Shown one piece after another: positions 8,495 to 18,672 of a stretch of 64,000 nucleotides of DNA; positions within the stretch are counted from its first letter, which is position 1; each line of letters begins with the position of its first letter. The DNA lies in NCBI GenBank assembly GCA_041308845.1, contig JBFZAT010000022.1:66701-130700 (forward strand). Direction: 5' to 3'. Source of the DNA: Candidatus Omnitrophota bacterium (GTDB lineage: Bacteria > Omnitrophota > Gorgyraeia > Gygaellales > Profunditerraquicolaceae). Below the pieces are notes generated by a model. That model did no database searches and had not been told where the DNA came from. It worked only from the letters and a program-made list of their open reading frames with translations. Position numbers and translations under genes: made by a program.

Positions 8495-10585
8495 ATGCAA
8501 AATAAAAGTTTAAAGATTAAATTTGGTAAGAACGACCTTATTATAGAAACAGGCAGGTTAGCTAAACAGGCTAATGGTTCGGTAACAGTGACCTATGGGG
8601 CAACTGTTATCTTGGTTACTGCCTGTATGTCCAGTTCAATCCGTGAAGGGCAGGATTTTTTTCCTTTGACGGTTGAGTATCAGGAAAAAACTTATGCCGC
8701 TGGCAGGATTCCTGGTGGGTTCTTTAAACGCGAAGGCCGGCCTTCGGAAAATGAAATTTTAGGCAGCCGTTTGATTGACCGGCCGATCCGTCCGTTATTC
8801 CCGGAGGGATTCTTAAATGAAGTCCAGGTGATGGCTATGGTGCTTTCTAGCGACGGAGAAAATGATCCGAATGTTTTGGCATTAATCGGGGCCAGCGCAG
8901 CTTTAACTATTTCGGATATTCCTTTTAATGGCCCCTTGGCCAGTTGCCGGGTAGCCAGGATAAATAATGAGTTAGTTTTAAATCCTACTTATGCCGAGAT
9001 TGAGAGTGCAGATTTGGAAGTGGTAGTTGCCGGTAACAAGAACGGCGTAGTGATGCTGGAGTCTAAAGCTAAAGAGGTTACCGAAGAGGAGTATTTTGAG
9101 GCAGTCAAATTTGGCATGGATAGCTTAAAGCCGATCCTGGCTTTGCAGGAGGAGTTCGCCCGTCTTTACGGTCAGCCCAAGGCTACAGTTGAACTGAAAT
9201 TGATTGATCCGGTTTTAATGCAGCAGATTGAAAAGCTTTCCCAGGAAAGATTAGACAAAGTTTATAAATTAAGCAAAAAAGAAGAGCGCGAAGAGCAAAT
9301 AGCTTTGTTGACTAAAGAGTTAGAAACACAGTTAACCGCAGAAGGATTTTTATCTCTAGATATTCACACTGGTCTGCATGAGGTGGAGAAGAGGCAAGTG
9401 CGGAGAATGATTTCGGATGAAAATCGGCGTATTGATGGCCGTTCTTTTAAACAGATTCGGGAGATTACCTGTGAGGTTTCTGTACTGCCGCGGACCCATG
9501 GATCAAGTCTTTTTACGCGCGGCCAGACTCAAAGTTTAGCGGTAACAACTTTAGGTACAGGCGAAGATGAGCAGTTGATTGAATCTCTGGATGGAGAAAA
9601 AAAGAAGTCCTTTATGTTGCATTACAATTTTCCTTCTTTTAGCGTTGGAGAAACACGCCCGATACGTGGTCCTGGCCGGCGCGAGATCGGACATGGCGCT
9701 TTAGCGGAAAAAGCTTTATTGGCGGTGATGCCGTCTAAAGAAAAGTTTCCTTATACCGTCAGGGTAGTTTCTGAAATTTTAGAATCTAACGGTTCCAGCA
9801 GTATGGCTTCCGTCTGCGCGGCTACTTTATCTTTGATGGATGCCGGAGTGCCAATTAAAGAAGCAGTCGGAGGAGTGGCTTTAGGATTAGTGCAAGAAGG
9901 AGATCAGGCGGCCATTCTGACGGATATCGCCGGTTTAGAGGATCATTTCGGGGATATGGATTTTAAAGTTGCCGGAACTCGCAGCGGGATTACGGCAGTA
10001 CAATTAGATCTCAAGAATGCCGGGATTTCCCTAGAATTACTCAAAGATTGTTTGGCGCAATCTAAGGAGGGCAGGTTATTTATTTTGGATAAAATGAGTA
10101 CGGCCTTGAGCGGTCCGCGGGAAGAACTTTCTAGTTTTGCTCCGCGTATTGATGTTTTGAAAATAAATACTGAAAAGATCGGAGAATTAATCGGGCCAGG
10201 AGGCAAAACTATTAAGGCAATTATTGCTGCTACCGGGGCTAGTATTGATATTAAGGATGACGGTACGGTTTTAGTGGGTTCGCTAGATGCAGCTAAATCT
10301 GATGCAGCGATTAAAATGATCAAGGCAATTACCGATGAAGTAGAAGTAGGCAGGATTTATATCGGTAAGGTGAAGCGGATTATGCAGTTTGGGGCCTTTG
10401 TAGAACTAGCTCCGCGCAAAGAGGGACTAGTCCATGTCTCTGAGTTATCCAGTACTTTTGTAAAGAAAATCGAGGACGTGGTAAAAGTGGGGGATGAATT
10501 TAAAGTTAAAGTCATCGGCATCGATGAATTGGGCAGAATAAATTTAAGCAAAAAACAGGCTGAAGCACCGCAGCAAAACAGTTAA
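8495..10585 (+). CDS. pnp: Polynucleotide phosphorylase (PNPase)
   Basis: Two RNase PH domains are followed by KH (ELIGPGGKTIKAI) and S1 (GKVKRIMQFGAFVEL) domains. It is 696 aa and sits in the conserved rpsO-pnp arrangement. Confidence 0.95.
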   Translation: MQNKSLKIKFGKNDLIIETGRLAKQANGSVTVTYGATVILVTACMSSSIREGQDFFPLTVEYQEKTYAAGRIPGGFFKREGRPSENEILGSRLIDRPIRPLFPEGFLNEVQVMAMVLSSDGENDPNVLALIGASAALTISDIPFNGPLASCRVARINNELVLNPTYAEIESADLEVVVAGNKNGVVMLESKAKEVTEEEYFEAVKFGMDSLKPILALQEEFARLYGQPKATVELKLIDPVLMQQIEKLSQERLDKVYKLSKKEEREEQIALLTKELETQLTAEGFLSLDIHTGLHEVEKRQVRRMISDENRRIDGRSFKQIREITCEVSVLPRTHGSSLFTRGQTQSLAVTTLGTGEDEQLIESLDGEKKKSFMLHYNFPSFSVGETRPIRGPGRREIGHGALAEKALLAVMPSKEKFPYTVRVVSEILESNGSSSMASVCAATLSLMDAGVPIKEAVGGVALGLVQEGDQAAILTDIAGLEDHFGDMDFKVAGTRSGITAVQLDLKNAGISLELLKDCLAQSKEGRLFILDKMSTALSGPREELSSFAPRIDVLKINTEKIGELIGPGGKTIKAIIAATGASIDIKDDGTVLVGSLDAAKSDAAIKMIKAITDEVEVGRIYIGKVKRIMQFGAFVELAPRKEGLVHVSELSSTFVKKIEDVVKVGDEFKVKVIGIDELGRINLSKKQAEAPQQNS

Positions 10586-10593
10586 TTCTAGAA

Positions 10594-12780
10594 GTGAGAG
10601 AAAGAAGAATTAATGAGGTCAAAGGCGTAGTTCTGGTGGCGGTGGGGCTGATGATATTAGCCAGCCTTATTCGTTTTGATCGCTTGGACCTTGTTTTTTA
10701 CACCTCGCATCCTAATTTCCCAGCTAAAAATTTACTCGGAGTTTTTGGCGCCTACCTAGGTGGGTTGATTGTTATTTTATTCGGAAGTATCTCCAGTTAT
10801 TGCATTCCGTTTTTAGTGATCATGTTGGGTATAAAATATTTCCGTCAGGATAAGCCTTATTTAAGTCTGGCCCGTATTCTGGGAATGTTTGTTTTACTGG
10901 TTTCCATCAGTTCTTTAATTGGGATGTTCAACCTCAACAATGACCTGCTTAGGTTTCAGCTGTCGGGTTTCTTTGGCTCACTGACCGCTAATTTTATTAC
11001 TGCTTATTTTAGCCGCTTAGGCGGCTTTATTATTTTTATTACTTTTATTATTCTCTCCTTGGCTTTAGTTACGGAAATTCTTATTTCTTCTCTTTTCCTT
11101 AAACTCACCAAAAGAATGCAATCTGTTCTTACTGGATTGAATATCTTGACTAAAAAGCCCAAGGCTACTTTAGTTAAGATCAAGCCGAATCTGGTTCCCA
11201 AGAATAGCGCTTTACCTAAAAAAACAGAATTTGAGTTAGCTGCTTCTAAGCCTAAAATTTTTATGCCGGAGTCTTCTTCTGTGCCTAAATTGAAGATCCA
11301 GATTAAGAATAATAAGCCTCCGGCCGAAGAGATAAAACTGAAGAGTAGCGATTTAAAAATCGGCGACTACCATTTACCTTCCGTAGATTTATTAGATACG
11401 CCTGCTCCGTCTGATAACCGTCAGATGAAGGAGGATCTGGAAGATTGTGCCCGGACACTAGAAAATACCCTGGAGGATTTTGGTATTACGGCCAAGGTTA
11501 CCGATATTATACGCGGCCCGGTAATTACCCGTTATGAATTAGAACCGGCTGCCGGTGTAAAGATTAACCGGATTGAAGCTTTAAGCGACGATATCGCTTT
11601 GGCGATTAAGGCCCAGTCTATCCGGATCATTGCCCCTATCCCCGGTAAGGGGAGGGTGGGAGTAGAAGTGCCTAACCTGCAAAGCGCTTTAGTTTGCATC
11701 AGAGATTTACTTACTTCCGCAGAATATCATAAACAGAAGTCGCCTTTGACTATAGCTTTAGGCAAAGATATCACCGGTCGCAGTGTATTCGGTGACCTGG
11801 ATGATATGCCGCATTTATTGATTGCCGGGACTACTGGCAGCGGTAAGACTGTATGCGTGAATACGTGTATTTTGTCATTATTATTCCGGGGTTCTCCGAA
11901 TGATTTAAAATTTCTCATGATTGATCCTAAGATGGTAGAGCTGATGCCTTTTAATGGGTTACCGCATCTTTTGTGTCCGGTAGTTACCGATGCTAAGAAA
12001 GCGGCGGTTGCTTTGAATTGGGTGGTTTCTGAGATGGAGTCGCGTTATGTGCTTTTATCTAAAGCCGGTGCCAGGAATATCGAGGCCTATAATGAAAAGC
12101 AGGAAAAAATTCCTTATATTATTGTTGTGGTTGATGAATTTGCGGATTTAATGAGTGTGGCGCGTGACCAGATCGAAAATGCGATTACACGCTTGGCCCA
12201 GCTTTCGCGGGCAGTAGGGATACATCTAATTTTAGCTACTCAGCGTCCCAGTGTAGATGTTATCACTGGCGTGATCAAAGCAAATTTACCGGCCCGGGTA
12301 TCTTTTAAAGTGGCTTCCAAGGTCGACTCTCGAACCGTTCTAGACGCAAACGGGGCGGAGGCTTTACTGGGCAAGGGGGATATGTTATTCTTACAACCCG
12401 GCAAAGAAGATTTGATTCGCATTCAGGGGGCCTTAGTCAGAGACGCTGAGATCGAACGGGTGGTTGAATTTATTAAAGCTCAAGGGGAGCCGGCTTATGA
12501 TGACCAGATTCTTAAGGAGCAGCAGAAAAATAGTTTAGCTAACGGGGATAAGGATGAGCTTTATGATGAAGCGGTACGCGTAATTATGGAGAGTAATCAG
12601 GCTTCGGTTTCTATTTTGCAAAGGCGTATGCGTTTAGGATATACGCGGGCGGCGCGGATTATTGATATGATGGAAATGGAAGGTTTAGTGGGTCAATTTG
12701 AAGGCAGTAAACCGCGTCGGATTTTAGTCGACCGGGAGGCTTGGCTTAAGGATTTAACTGGCGGTAATACCCCGCGCTAA
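10594..12780 (+). CDS. ftsK: DNA translocase FtsK/SpoIIIE
   Basis: N-terminal multi-TM segments lead into a linker. The FtsK ATPase domain has Walker A in LLIAGTTGSGKT and DEFADLM as Walker B. A C-terminal gamma winged-helix (SVSILQRRMRLGYTRAARIIDMME) is present. Confidence 0.9.
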   Translation: MRERRINEVKGVVLVAVGLMILASLIRFDRLDLVFYTSHPNFPAKNLLGVFGAYLGGLIVILFGSISSYCIPFLVIMLGIKYFRQDKPYLSLARILGMFVLLVSISSLIGMFNLNNDLLRFQLSGFFGSLTANFITAYFSRLGGFIIFITFIILSLALVTEILISSLFLKLTKRMQSVLTGLNILTKKPKATLVKIKPNLVPKNSALPKKTEFELAASKPKIFMPESSSVPKLKIQIKNNKPPAEEIKLKSSDLKIGDYHLPSVDLLDTPAPSDNRQMKEDLEDCARTLENTLEDFGITAKVTDIIRGPVITRYELEPAAGVKINRIEALSDDIALAIKAQSIRIIAPIPGKGRVGVEVPNLQSALVCIRDLLTSAEYHKQKSPLTIALGKDITGRSVFGDLDDMPHLLIAGTTGSGKTVCVNTCILSLLFRGSPNDLKFLMIDPKMVELMPFNGLPHLLCPVVTDAKKAAVALNWVVSEMESRYVLLSKAGARNIEAYNEKQEKIPYIIVVVDEFADLMSVARDQIENAITRLAQLSRAVGIHLILATQRPSVDVITGVIKANLPARVSFKVASKVDSRTVLDANGAEALLGKGDMLFLQPGKEDLIRIQGALVRDAEIERVVEFIKAQGEPAYDDQILKEQQKNSLANGDKDELYDEAVRVIMESNQASVSILQRRMRLGYTRAARIIDMMEMEGLVGQFEGSKPRRILVDREAWLKDLTGGNTPR

Positions 12781-12798
12781 GTAGGAGGAAAGAAAAAC

Positions 12799-13608
12799 GT
12801 GAATATTGAAACAGCCGGTTCTCGGCTCAAAAAAATTCGACAGGAGAGAGGTTTGAGTTTGGAAGATGTCCAGAAAAAGACTAAAATTCACCTTAATGTA
12901 TTACGTGCGATTGAAGGAGACAGTATTTCAAATTTAAGCCCGATTTATCTCAAAGGTTTCATTAAAATTTATTGTGGTTATTTAGGATTAGAGGTGAATG
13001 ATTTTATTGGTTCAAGCGGGCATTTGCAAAAACCGACTTTAAATGCCGCCGTAGGCAGGCCGATTGGAGCGCGTAGCGAAAAGAAACCCGCTTCTTTCAT
13101 TAAAGATGCGTCTTTAAAGCTGAATGCTTTTCGGCCTTCGGATAATTTTAAAAGAATAATTGCTATTTTAATTATCGGATTGCTCTGTTTATTTTTGGGG
13201 ATTAATTTAATAAAATTTATTTCTGCTCGGCTTAAACCTAAGCACCGGCTGGAAAAGGCAAAAACTTCTATGCCTGTTTCTGTGCCGAAGAGCGCTATTT
13301 CCCCGCCGGCGTCAGTGACCTTGCCTAAAGTTAACAAAGAGCTGACGCAGGGTTTTGCTTTGAGTATCTTTGCGCGCGGTAAATCTTGGATTTCGGTTAA
13401 AGTAGACGGTAAGGTGGTTTTTCATGGGGTGCTTGCCCGTGGCCGTTCGGAAACCTGGCAAGCCCGGGAAAAAGTAGAATTATCTTTGGGTGATGCCGGC
13501 GCAGTAGAATTACAGGTAAATGATCAGCGTTTCGCTAACCTGGGAAGGTCTGGACAATCTTTAAAAAATGTCGTGGTTAATAAAGACGGTTTAAAGATTT
13601 CCAGATGA
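12799..13608 (+). CDS. rodZ: RodZ-like cytoskeletal protein (N-terminal XRE-type HTH, TM helix, C-terminal DUF4115-like domain)
   Basis: It has a GTG start with an AGGAGG RBS. The HTH is LKKIRQERGLSLEDVQKKTKIHLNVLRAIE. A central TM helix (IIAILIIGLLCLFLGINLI) and C-terminal beta domain follow. Confidence 0.6.
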   Translation: MNIETAGSRLKKIRQERGLSLEDVQKKTKIHLNVLRAIEGDSISNLSPIYLKGFIKIYCGYLGLEVNDFIGSSGHLQKPTLNAAVGRPIGARSEKKPASFIKDASLKLNAFRPSDNFKRIIAILIIGLLCLFLGINLIKFISARLKPKHRLEKAKTSMPVSVPKSAISPPASVTLPKVNKELTQGFALSIFARGKSWISVKVDGKVVFHGVLARGRSETWQAREKVELSLGDAGAVELQVNDQRFANLGRSGQSLKNVVVNKDGLKISR

Positions 13609-14855
13609 AGCAAAAAATCGGGTTTTTAAGCCTGGGCTGTCCTAGGAATTTAGTAGATAGCGAAACCATTGCTGGGCGGCTTAAATTTAAGCATTATACT
13701 ATTGTTGAAGATTTAACTCAAGCGCAGGTGGCGATAGTGAATACTTGCGCTTTTATTCAGGAGGCCAAGCGAGAATCTATTGAAGCCATTTTGGATCTGG
13801 TAGAGTTAAAAAAGCAAGGTAAGCTGGAAAAAATTATTGTTTGCGGTTGTCTGGCGCAACGCTATAAAAATTTAGCTAAAGAACTGCCAGAAGTAGATGC
13901 TTTTGTCGGGAGGTTGGGATTAAGTGATGATGCATCGCGCAGGTTTGCTTTAACTCCTAAGCATTACGCTTATCTAAAAATTTGCGAAGGTTGCCTGAAT
14001 CAATGCAGTTATTGTGTTATCCCTAAGATTAAAGGTAGCTTAAAAAGCTTAGATGAGCTTGCGATAATGCGGCAAGTGCGTAGTTTTAACCGTCGAAAGA
14101 TTGCCGAGCTAAATATTATCGGGCAGGATATTACAAGTTTCGGCCTGGACATTTGCGGGGAAAGTCAGCTAACCGGTCTATTGCGGAAAATCATCATTCA
14201 GGCTCCGGATATCCCCTGGATCCGGCTTTTATATTTAAATCCCCGCCGGGTGTCTAACGAATTATTAAAACTTATCGCTGGTTGTCGGCAGATTTGTAAA
14301 TATATCGATTTACCGATACAGCATATCAATAATCGCATTCTTAGGTTAATGAACCGGAAGATCACTAAACAGGAGATTATGGTTTTAATTAAAAAGATCA
14401 GAAAAACTATTCCTGGAGTTTACTTGCGCACTTCTTTAATCGTGGGGTTTCCTTCTGAAACTGCTGAGGAATTTGATGAATTATTGGCATTTGTAAAAGA
14501 TCTGCGTTTTGACCGTTTAGGAGCTTTTCTTTATTCGCGTGAAGAAGGTACTCCTGCTTATCATTTTCAGGGTCAGATTCCCGCTGCACTCAAGCAGGAA
14601 AGACTAGATAGGTTGATGTCTGCGCAGCAGCAAATAGCATCCGGGTTGAACGCTGAATTGCTGGGGAAAACTATTTCCGTGTTGGTGGAGGAAAAACATG
14701 AAGGTGTTTATATCGGCCGCAGCCAGGGAGATGCCCCGGAGGTCGACGGAGTGGTATATATAAATACTAAACAATTATTAAAGGCAGGCGGAATTATTCC
14801 GGTGCAGATTACCGACACTTTGGAGTATGATCTAGTGGGGGAACCAAAACTATGA
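13605..14855 (+). CDS. rimO: Ribosomal protein S12 methylthiotransferase RimO (radical SAM MTTase with TRAM domain)
   Basis: The RimO N-terminal signature is KIGFLSLGCPRNLVDSE. The radical-SAM CEGCLNQCSYC cluster comes after KHYAYLKI. A C-terminal TRAM domain is present. Confidence 0.85.
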   Translation: MKQKIGFLSLGCPRNLVDSETIAGRLKFKHYTIVEDLTQAQVAIVNTCAFIQEAKRESIEAILDLVELKKQGKLEKIIVCGCLAQRYKNLAKELPEVDAFVGRLGLSDDASRRFALTPKHYAYLKICEGCLNQCSYCVIPKIKGSLKSLDELAIMRQVRSFNRRKIAELNIIGQDITSFGLDICGESQLTGLLRKIIIQAPDIPWIRLLYLNPRRVSNELLKLIAGCRQICKYIDLPIQHINNRILRLMNRKITKQEIMVLIKKIRKTIPGVYLRTSLIVGFPSETAEEFDELLAFVKDLRFDRLGAFLYSREEGTPAYHFQGQIPAALKQERLDRLMSAQQQIASGLNAELLGKTISVLVEEKHEGVYIGRSQGDAPEVDGVVYINTKQLLKAGGIIPVQITDTLEYDLVGEPKL

Positions 14856-15430
14856 ATCTTGCTAATCGTTTGACCATGCTGCGTATTTTGTTAACTTTTG
14901 TATTTATGTTCTTTTTATTTTGTAACGGACTTTTGCCGAAGGCGATCAGTTTAGTCGTTTTTATCCTGGCAGCGCTCTCGGATTATCTCGACGGGTTGAT
15001 TGCTCAGCGTAGGAATATGGTTACCGATTTCGGCCGGTTAATGGACCCGATTGCAGATAAAATTTTAGTTTTGGCAGCTTTTGCCGCCTTTGTACAATTG
15101 CAATTGATCGATGCTTGGATGTTTGTAATTATTGTTTCCCGGGAAATCTTGATTACTTCCATGCGTTTATTCGCTTTAAATAAAGGGAAGGTGCTGTCAG
15201 CGGCCCGCGCCGGTAAGCATAAAACAGTTTTGCAGATGATAGTTATTTTTACCATTTTAGGTTTTATCCTGCTGAAAGAAATTATATTAAAATATTATAC
15301 TTGGAATCCTGCTTGGGAAAAGGCCTTTCGCCAGGGGATATTTTTCTTAATGCTATTGACCGTAGGGCTGACGCTTTATTCCGGTTTATCCTACCTTTGG
15401 CAAAACCGTAAAGTTATTGCCCGCCTATGA
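14852..15430 (+). CDS. pgsA: CDP-diacylglycerol--glycerol-3-phosphate 3-phosphatidyltransferase
   Basis: The CDP-alcohol phosphatidyltransferase motif is DYLDGLIAQRRNMVTDFGRLMDPIADKIL. It is a multi-TM protein. Confidence 0.85.
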   Translation: MNLANRLTMLRILLTFVFMFFLFCNGLLPKAISLVVFILAALSDYLDGLIAQRRNMVTDFGRLMDPIADKILVLAAFAAFVQLQLIDAWMFVIIVSREILITSMRLFALNKGKVLSAARAGKHKTVLQMIVIFTILGFILLKEIILKYYTWNPAWEKAFRQGIFFLMLLTVGLTLYSGLSYLWQNRKVIARL

Positions 15431-15900
15431 AGGTAAAAAAAATGGCTAGTTTTCTAGTGCGGATCTTAAGCAGTGTTTTTTTTATCGGCTATTTACCGCT
15501 TGTACCGGGCACTTTCGGCAGTCTCGTGGGGGTAGGGTTATTTTATCTGTTAAGGGGGATAAGCCCTGCGGCCTATCTTTTGTTTACTGGAGGGATTATC
15601 GGTTTAGGCCTGCTGGTCAGCGGAAGAACAGAGCGGTTATTAAATAAGAAAGATCCGAGTTGTATTGTGATCGATGAAGTGGCAGGCATGTTGCTGGGTT
15701 TAAGCTTCCTGCCGCTTAATTTAAAAACAATTTTTTTGGCTTTTTTGGTCTTTCGCATCTTTGATACGCTTAAACCGTATCCGGCTTCCCGGTTTCAGAA
15801 TAGTCATGGCTCAATCGGAGTGATGGCTGATGATTTGGTGGCTGGGGTTTACACTAATCTTGTCCTGCGTTGCATATTGCTATTGGCATTAATATTCTAA
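15427..15900 (+). CDS. pgpA: Phosphatidylglycerophosphatase A
   Basis: At 157 aa, it has a PgpA-like membrane topology and the motif SCIVIDEVAGM. It is adjacent to pgsA. Confidence 0.75.
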   Translation: MKVKKMASFLVRILSSVFFIGYLPLVPGTFGSLVGVGLFYLLRGISPAAYLLFTGGIIGLGLLVSGRTERLLNKKDPSCIVIDEVAGMLLGLSFLPLNLKTIFLAFLVFRIFDTLKPYPASRFQNSHGSIGVMADDLVAGVYTNLVLRCILLLALIF

Positions 15901-15907
15901 ACTAAAT

Positions 15908-16471
15908 CTAGAAATTTAATTCTTTTAAGATGCTATAAGTTGCGCCTTGCCTGCCGAGTTGGCTCTGGAATAAGGTAATACCGGTAACTTTAAACTTAAG
16001 ATGCGCATCCGATAAAGTGTTATTGATATTTTTTAAATTTTCTCTCCATATTCTATCCCCGAGATGGTTTTTGATGCGGCCCAGGCTGATGTGGGCCTGG
16101 AAGGTGCGTTTTTCTTTAGCTAACCCTAATGTGTAAAGGTCCGTTTCGATTTGGTTGACCAATTGACTTAATTCTACCGGCGGCTGATGAGTGCCGATCC
16201 AGATTATCCGCGGTTGCTGTGAGTTCGGAAAATATCCTAAGGTTTCCAATTTAATTTCGAAAGCTAAGCTGGATTTAACCCTCTGTTGGATTATTTGTTG
16301 AGTATTACACAGTTGTGCGTTGGTAATCTCTCCGAGAAATTTTAAGGATAAATGCAGGTTAGGAGCAGCCACCCAGGCAATCTTGGGTAGGATTAAACTT
16401 AGTTGATCCTGAATTTCCGCCAGCTTATTCCGGATAGCTAAAGGTAAGCCTATGGCGATAAATACGCGCAT
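15908..16471 (-). CDS. thpR: RNA 2',3'-cyclic phosphodiesterase (2H phosphoesterase, LigT/ThpR family)
   Basis: Two H-x-S/T-x motifs are present: HLSLKFLG and AHISLGR. Confidence 0.8.
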   Translation of the reverse strand: MRVFIAIGLPLAIRNKLAEIQDQLSLILPKIAWVAAPNLHLSLKFLGEITNAQLCNTQQIIQQRVKSSLAFEIKLETLGYFPNSQQPRIIWIGTHQPPVELSQLVNQIETDLYTLGLAKEKRTFQAHISLGRIKNHLGDRIWRENLKNINNTLSDAHLKFKVTGITLFQSQLGRQGATYSILKELNF

Positions 16472-16962
16472 AATAAACGCAGGGCTGCTTGGACAGCTTT
16501 ATGCTGGATATTGCTTCGGTTACCTGAAAAAATAAATTTACGATAGAAACTCTTTTTCTTGGCTGCCAGGCAGAGGCAAACCGTACCTACGGGTTTTTTT
16601 GCTACTGCTCCTGCGGGGCCGGCAATTCCGGTAATGCTTAATCCTAGATCTGCCTGGCTTACTTTACGGATATTCTGAGCCATTAATATGGCTACGGATT
16701 TAGAGACTGCACCGTATTTGGAAATTAATTTCGCAGGAATTCTGAGGATTTTTTCTTTAGCGCGGTTGCTGTAAGTAACTGCACCTAAAACAAAATAATT
16801 CGAAGCTCCCGGCAGACTGGTTAAAAGAGTAGAGAGCTGACCTCCGGTACAGGATTCCGCAACGGCGATAGTCATTCCCTGGTTAATTAACTGCTGATGA
16901 ACTTGTTGGCTGAGCGGCTTTAGCATGAATATTATTATAGACTTTTTTAAACATATTGACAA
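16450..16962 (-). CDS. pncC: CinA C-terminal domain protein / NMN amidohydrolase PncC-like
   Basis: The motif TIAVAESCTGGQLS is present, and the ~170-aa size matches a stand-alone CinA C-terminal domain. Confidence 0.75.
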   Translation of the reverse strand: MSICLKKSIIIFMLKPLSQQVHQQLINQGMTIAVAESCTGGQLSTLLTSLPGASNYFVLGAVTYSNRAKEKILRIPAKLISKYGAVSKSVAILMAQNIRKVSQADLGLSITGIAGPAGAVAKKPVGTVCLCLAAKKKSFYRKFIFSGNRSNIQHKAVQAALRLLCAYLSP

Positions 16963-16993
16963 GTTGAGTTTTTTTGGTAAAATAATTACATTA

Positions 16994-17239
16994 ATCTTTG
17001 GGGCAAGGTGTGAATCCTTACCGGCGGTTGCGCAAATGGCTACACTAAATCTGCAGGTTGGTTTAAGTGTGAGTGAAAAAAGCGCACACCGGCGCCTAAT
17101 TAGCGCCGAGTGAAAAGCCCGCGAGCCGGAGCTTGATTTTAGCTTCTGCAGATCTGGTGGAATTCCAGGGCCGATGGTTGCGCGTAAGCGCGCCCAAACC
17201 AGTAAATCGGTTTGGTGTAAAGTCCAGATGGGAAAAGAT
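16994..17239 (+). promoter_or_regulatory. FMN riboswitch (RFN element) with an enlarged internal insertion, controlling the rib operon
   Basis: The 5' half is GGGGCAAGGTGTGAATCCTTACCGGCGGT, and the 3' half is GGTGGAATTCCAGGGCCGATGGT...AAAGTCCAGATGGGAAAAGAT. Both match the conserved RFN cores GGGGCAGGGTGAAATTCCCGACCGGCGGT and GGTGGATTC...GCCGACAGTGAAAGTCTGGATGGGAGA. P1 is ATCTTT/AAAGAT. It lies directly upstream of ribBA. Confidence 0.8.
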
Positions 17240-17249
17240 TAAATAAATG

Positions 17250-17281
17250 CCCGAAAGTTTTATTTTCGGGTTTTTCTTTTT
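17250..17281 (+). terminator. Rho-independent terminator hairpin (riboswitch expression platform)
   Basis: A CCCGAAA / TTTCGGG stem with loop GTTTTAT is followed by TTTTTCTTTTT. It sits between the aptamer and the ribBA RBS. Confidence 0.7.
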
Positions 17282-17292
17282 AAGGGGCTAAA

Positions 17293-18501
17293 ATGTTTAA
17301 TAGCATTCCAGAGATTATTGAAGATTTGAAAGCCGGTTTAATGGTGATTGTGGTTGACGATGAAGATCGTGAGAATGAGGGTGATCTAGTAATGGCCGCT
17401 TCGGCCGTCAAGCCTGCGGATATTAATTTTATGGCTAAATTCGGCCGGGGATTGATTTGTGTGCCCATGGAGGAGGAAAGGTTGCGTTTTTTAGAACTGG
17501 ACCCGATGCTGAAAAACACATTGCAAATCAGTAATGGCGATCCTTTTCAAACCGCCTGGATGATTTCAGTAGATGCCGCAAAAGGTATTACTACCGGAAT
17601 TTCAGCCCATGATCGGGCTGAAACAATCACAGTCCTAATAAGTGATCAAACTCTGCCCGAAAATTTAGTGCGTCCCGGTCATATTTTTCCTTTACGTTCG
17701 CGCCGCGGCGGGGTGCTGGTGCGGGCTGGTCATACCGAAGCTAGCCTGGACTTAATGCGTTTAGCTGGGCTTTATCCGGCAGGAGTAATTTGCGAGATTA
17801 TGAATGATGATGGTAGTATGGCCCGGATGCCGCAACTTTTGGAGTTTTCCCGTAAACATGCGTTGAAGATTTGCACGATTGCTGACTTGATTAAGTTTCG
17901 CCGCCGGAGAGAAAAATTAGTGGAAGCAGTGGTCCAAACTAAATTACCTACAAAATTTGGGGAATTTAGGTTAATCGTTTACCGCGACCAGACTAATGGA
18001 CAAACTCACCTTGTTCTATGCATGGGGGAGTGGGCGGATGAATCGATATTAGTGCGCGTGCACTCAGAATGCTTGACCGGTGATGTTTTTGGGTCATTGC
18101 GCTGTGACTGCGGAAAACAGTTAGAGAAAGCAATGCAGATGATTGCTGCGGAGAAAAAAGGGGTTATTCTCTATATGAATCAGGAAGGACGCGGTATCGG
18201 ATTGACCGAAAAGTTACGCGCCTATAATCTTCAGGATAATGGGATGGATACGGTAGAAGCCAATGAAGCTTTGGGGCATAAAGCTGATTTACGCGATTAT
18301 GGTATCGGCGCCCAGATCCTAGTAGATTTAAAGATTAAGCAGCTCAGGCTTTTAACGAATAATCCGCGTAAAATTGTCGGATTAGAGGGATATGGTTTAA
18401 AGGTTTTAGAGCGGGTCCCTTTAGAAATCGAGCCAGGCCTGGAAAATTATAAATATCTCAAAACCAAAAAAGATAAATTAGGGCACCAATTAGAGCTTTA
18501 G
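17293..18501 (+). CDS. ribBA: Bifunctional 3,4-dihydroxy-2-butanone-4-phosphate synthase / GTP cyclohydrolase II
   Basis: The RibB N-terminal domain shows DRENEGDLV. The RibA C-terminal domain shows RVHSECLTGDVFGSLRCDCG. Confidence 0.95.
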   Translation: MFNSIPEIIEDLKAGLMVIVVDDEDRENEGDLVMAASAVKPADINFMAKFGRGLICVPMEEERLRFLELDPMLKNTLQISNGDPFQTAWMISVDAAKGITTGISAHDRAETITVLISDQTLPENLVRPGHIFPLRSRRGGVLVRAGHTEASLDLMRLAGLYPAGVICEIMNDDGSMARMPQLLEFSRKHALKICTIADLIKFRRRREKLVEAVVQTKLPTKFGEFRLIVYRDQTNGQTHLVLCMGEWADESILVRVHSECLTGDVFGSLRCDCGKQLEKAMQMIAAEKKGVILYMNQEGRGIGLTEKLRAYNLQDNGMDTVEANEALGHKADLRDYGIGAQILVDLKIKQLRLLTNNPRKIVGLEGYGLKVLERVPLEIEPGLENYKYLKTKKDKLGHQLEL

Positions 18502-18672
18502 GGCTATGGGTAGAATAGTTTCTTTTACTAGGTGCTCAACCGGATTTTTGAGCGTTTTATGCGTAAGTCAAAATTAATTCCTGCCGGAAGGCAGGCGCAG
18601 AGAGGCTTTTTAGGGCTATAGTTTAGGTTGGTTATAGTTTTAGCAAGCTTTCTGCTTATTGAGGGAGGTCAT

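Noticed and set aside
16925-17113. 62-aa + strand ORF in the thpR/pncC-ribBA intergenic region
   Set aside because: It lies entirely within the FMN riboswitch aptamer, has no RBS, and the region is better explained as structured RNA.
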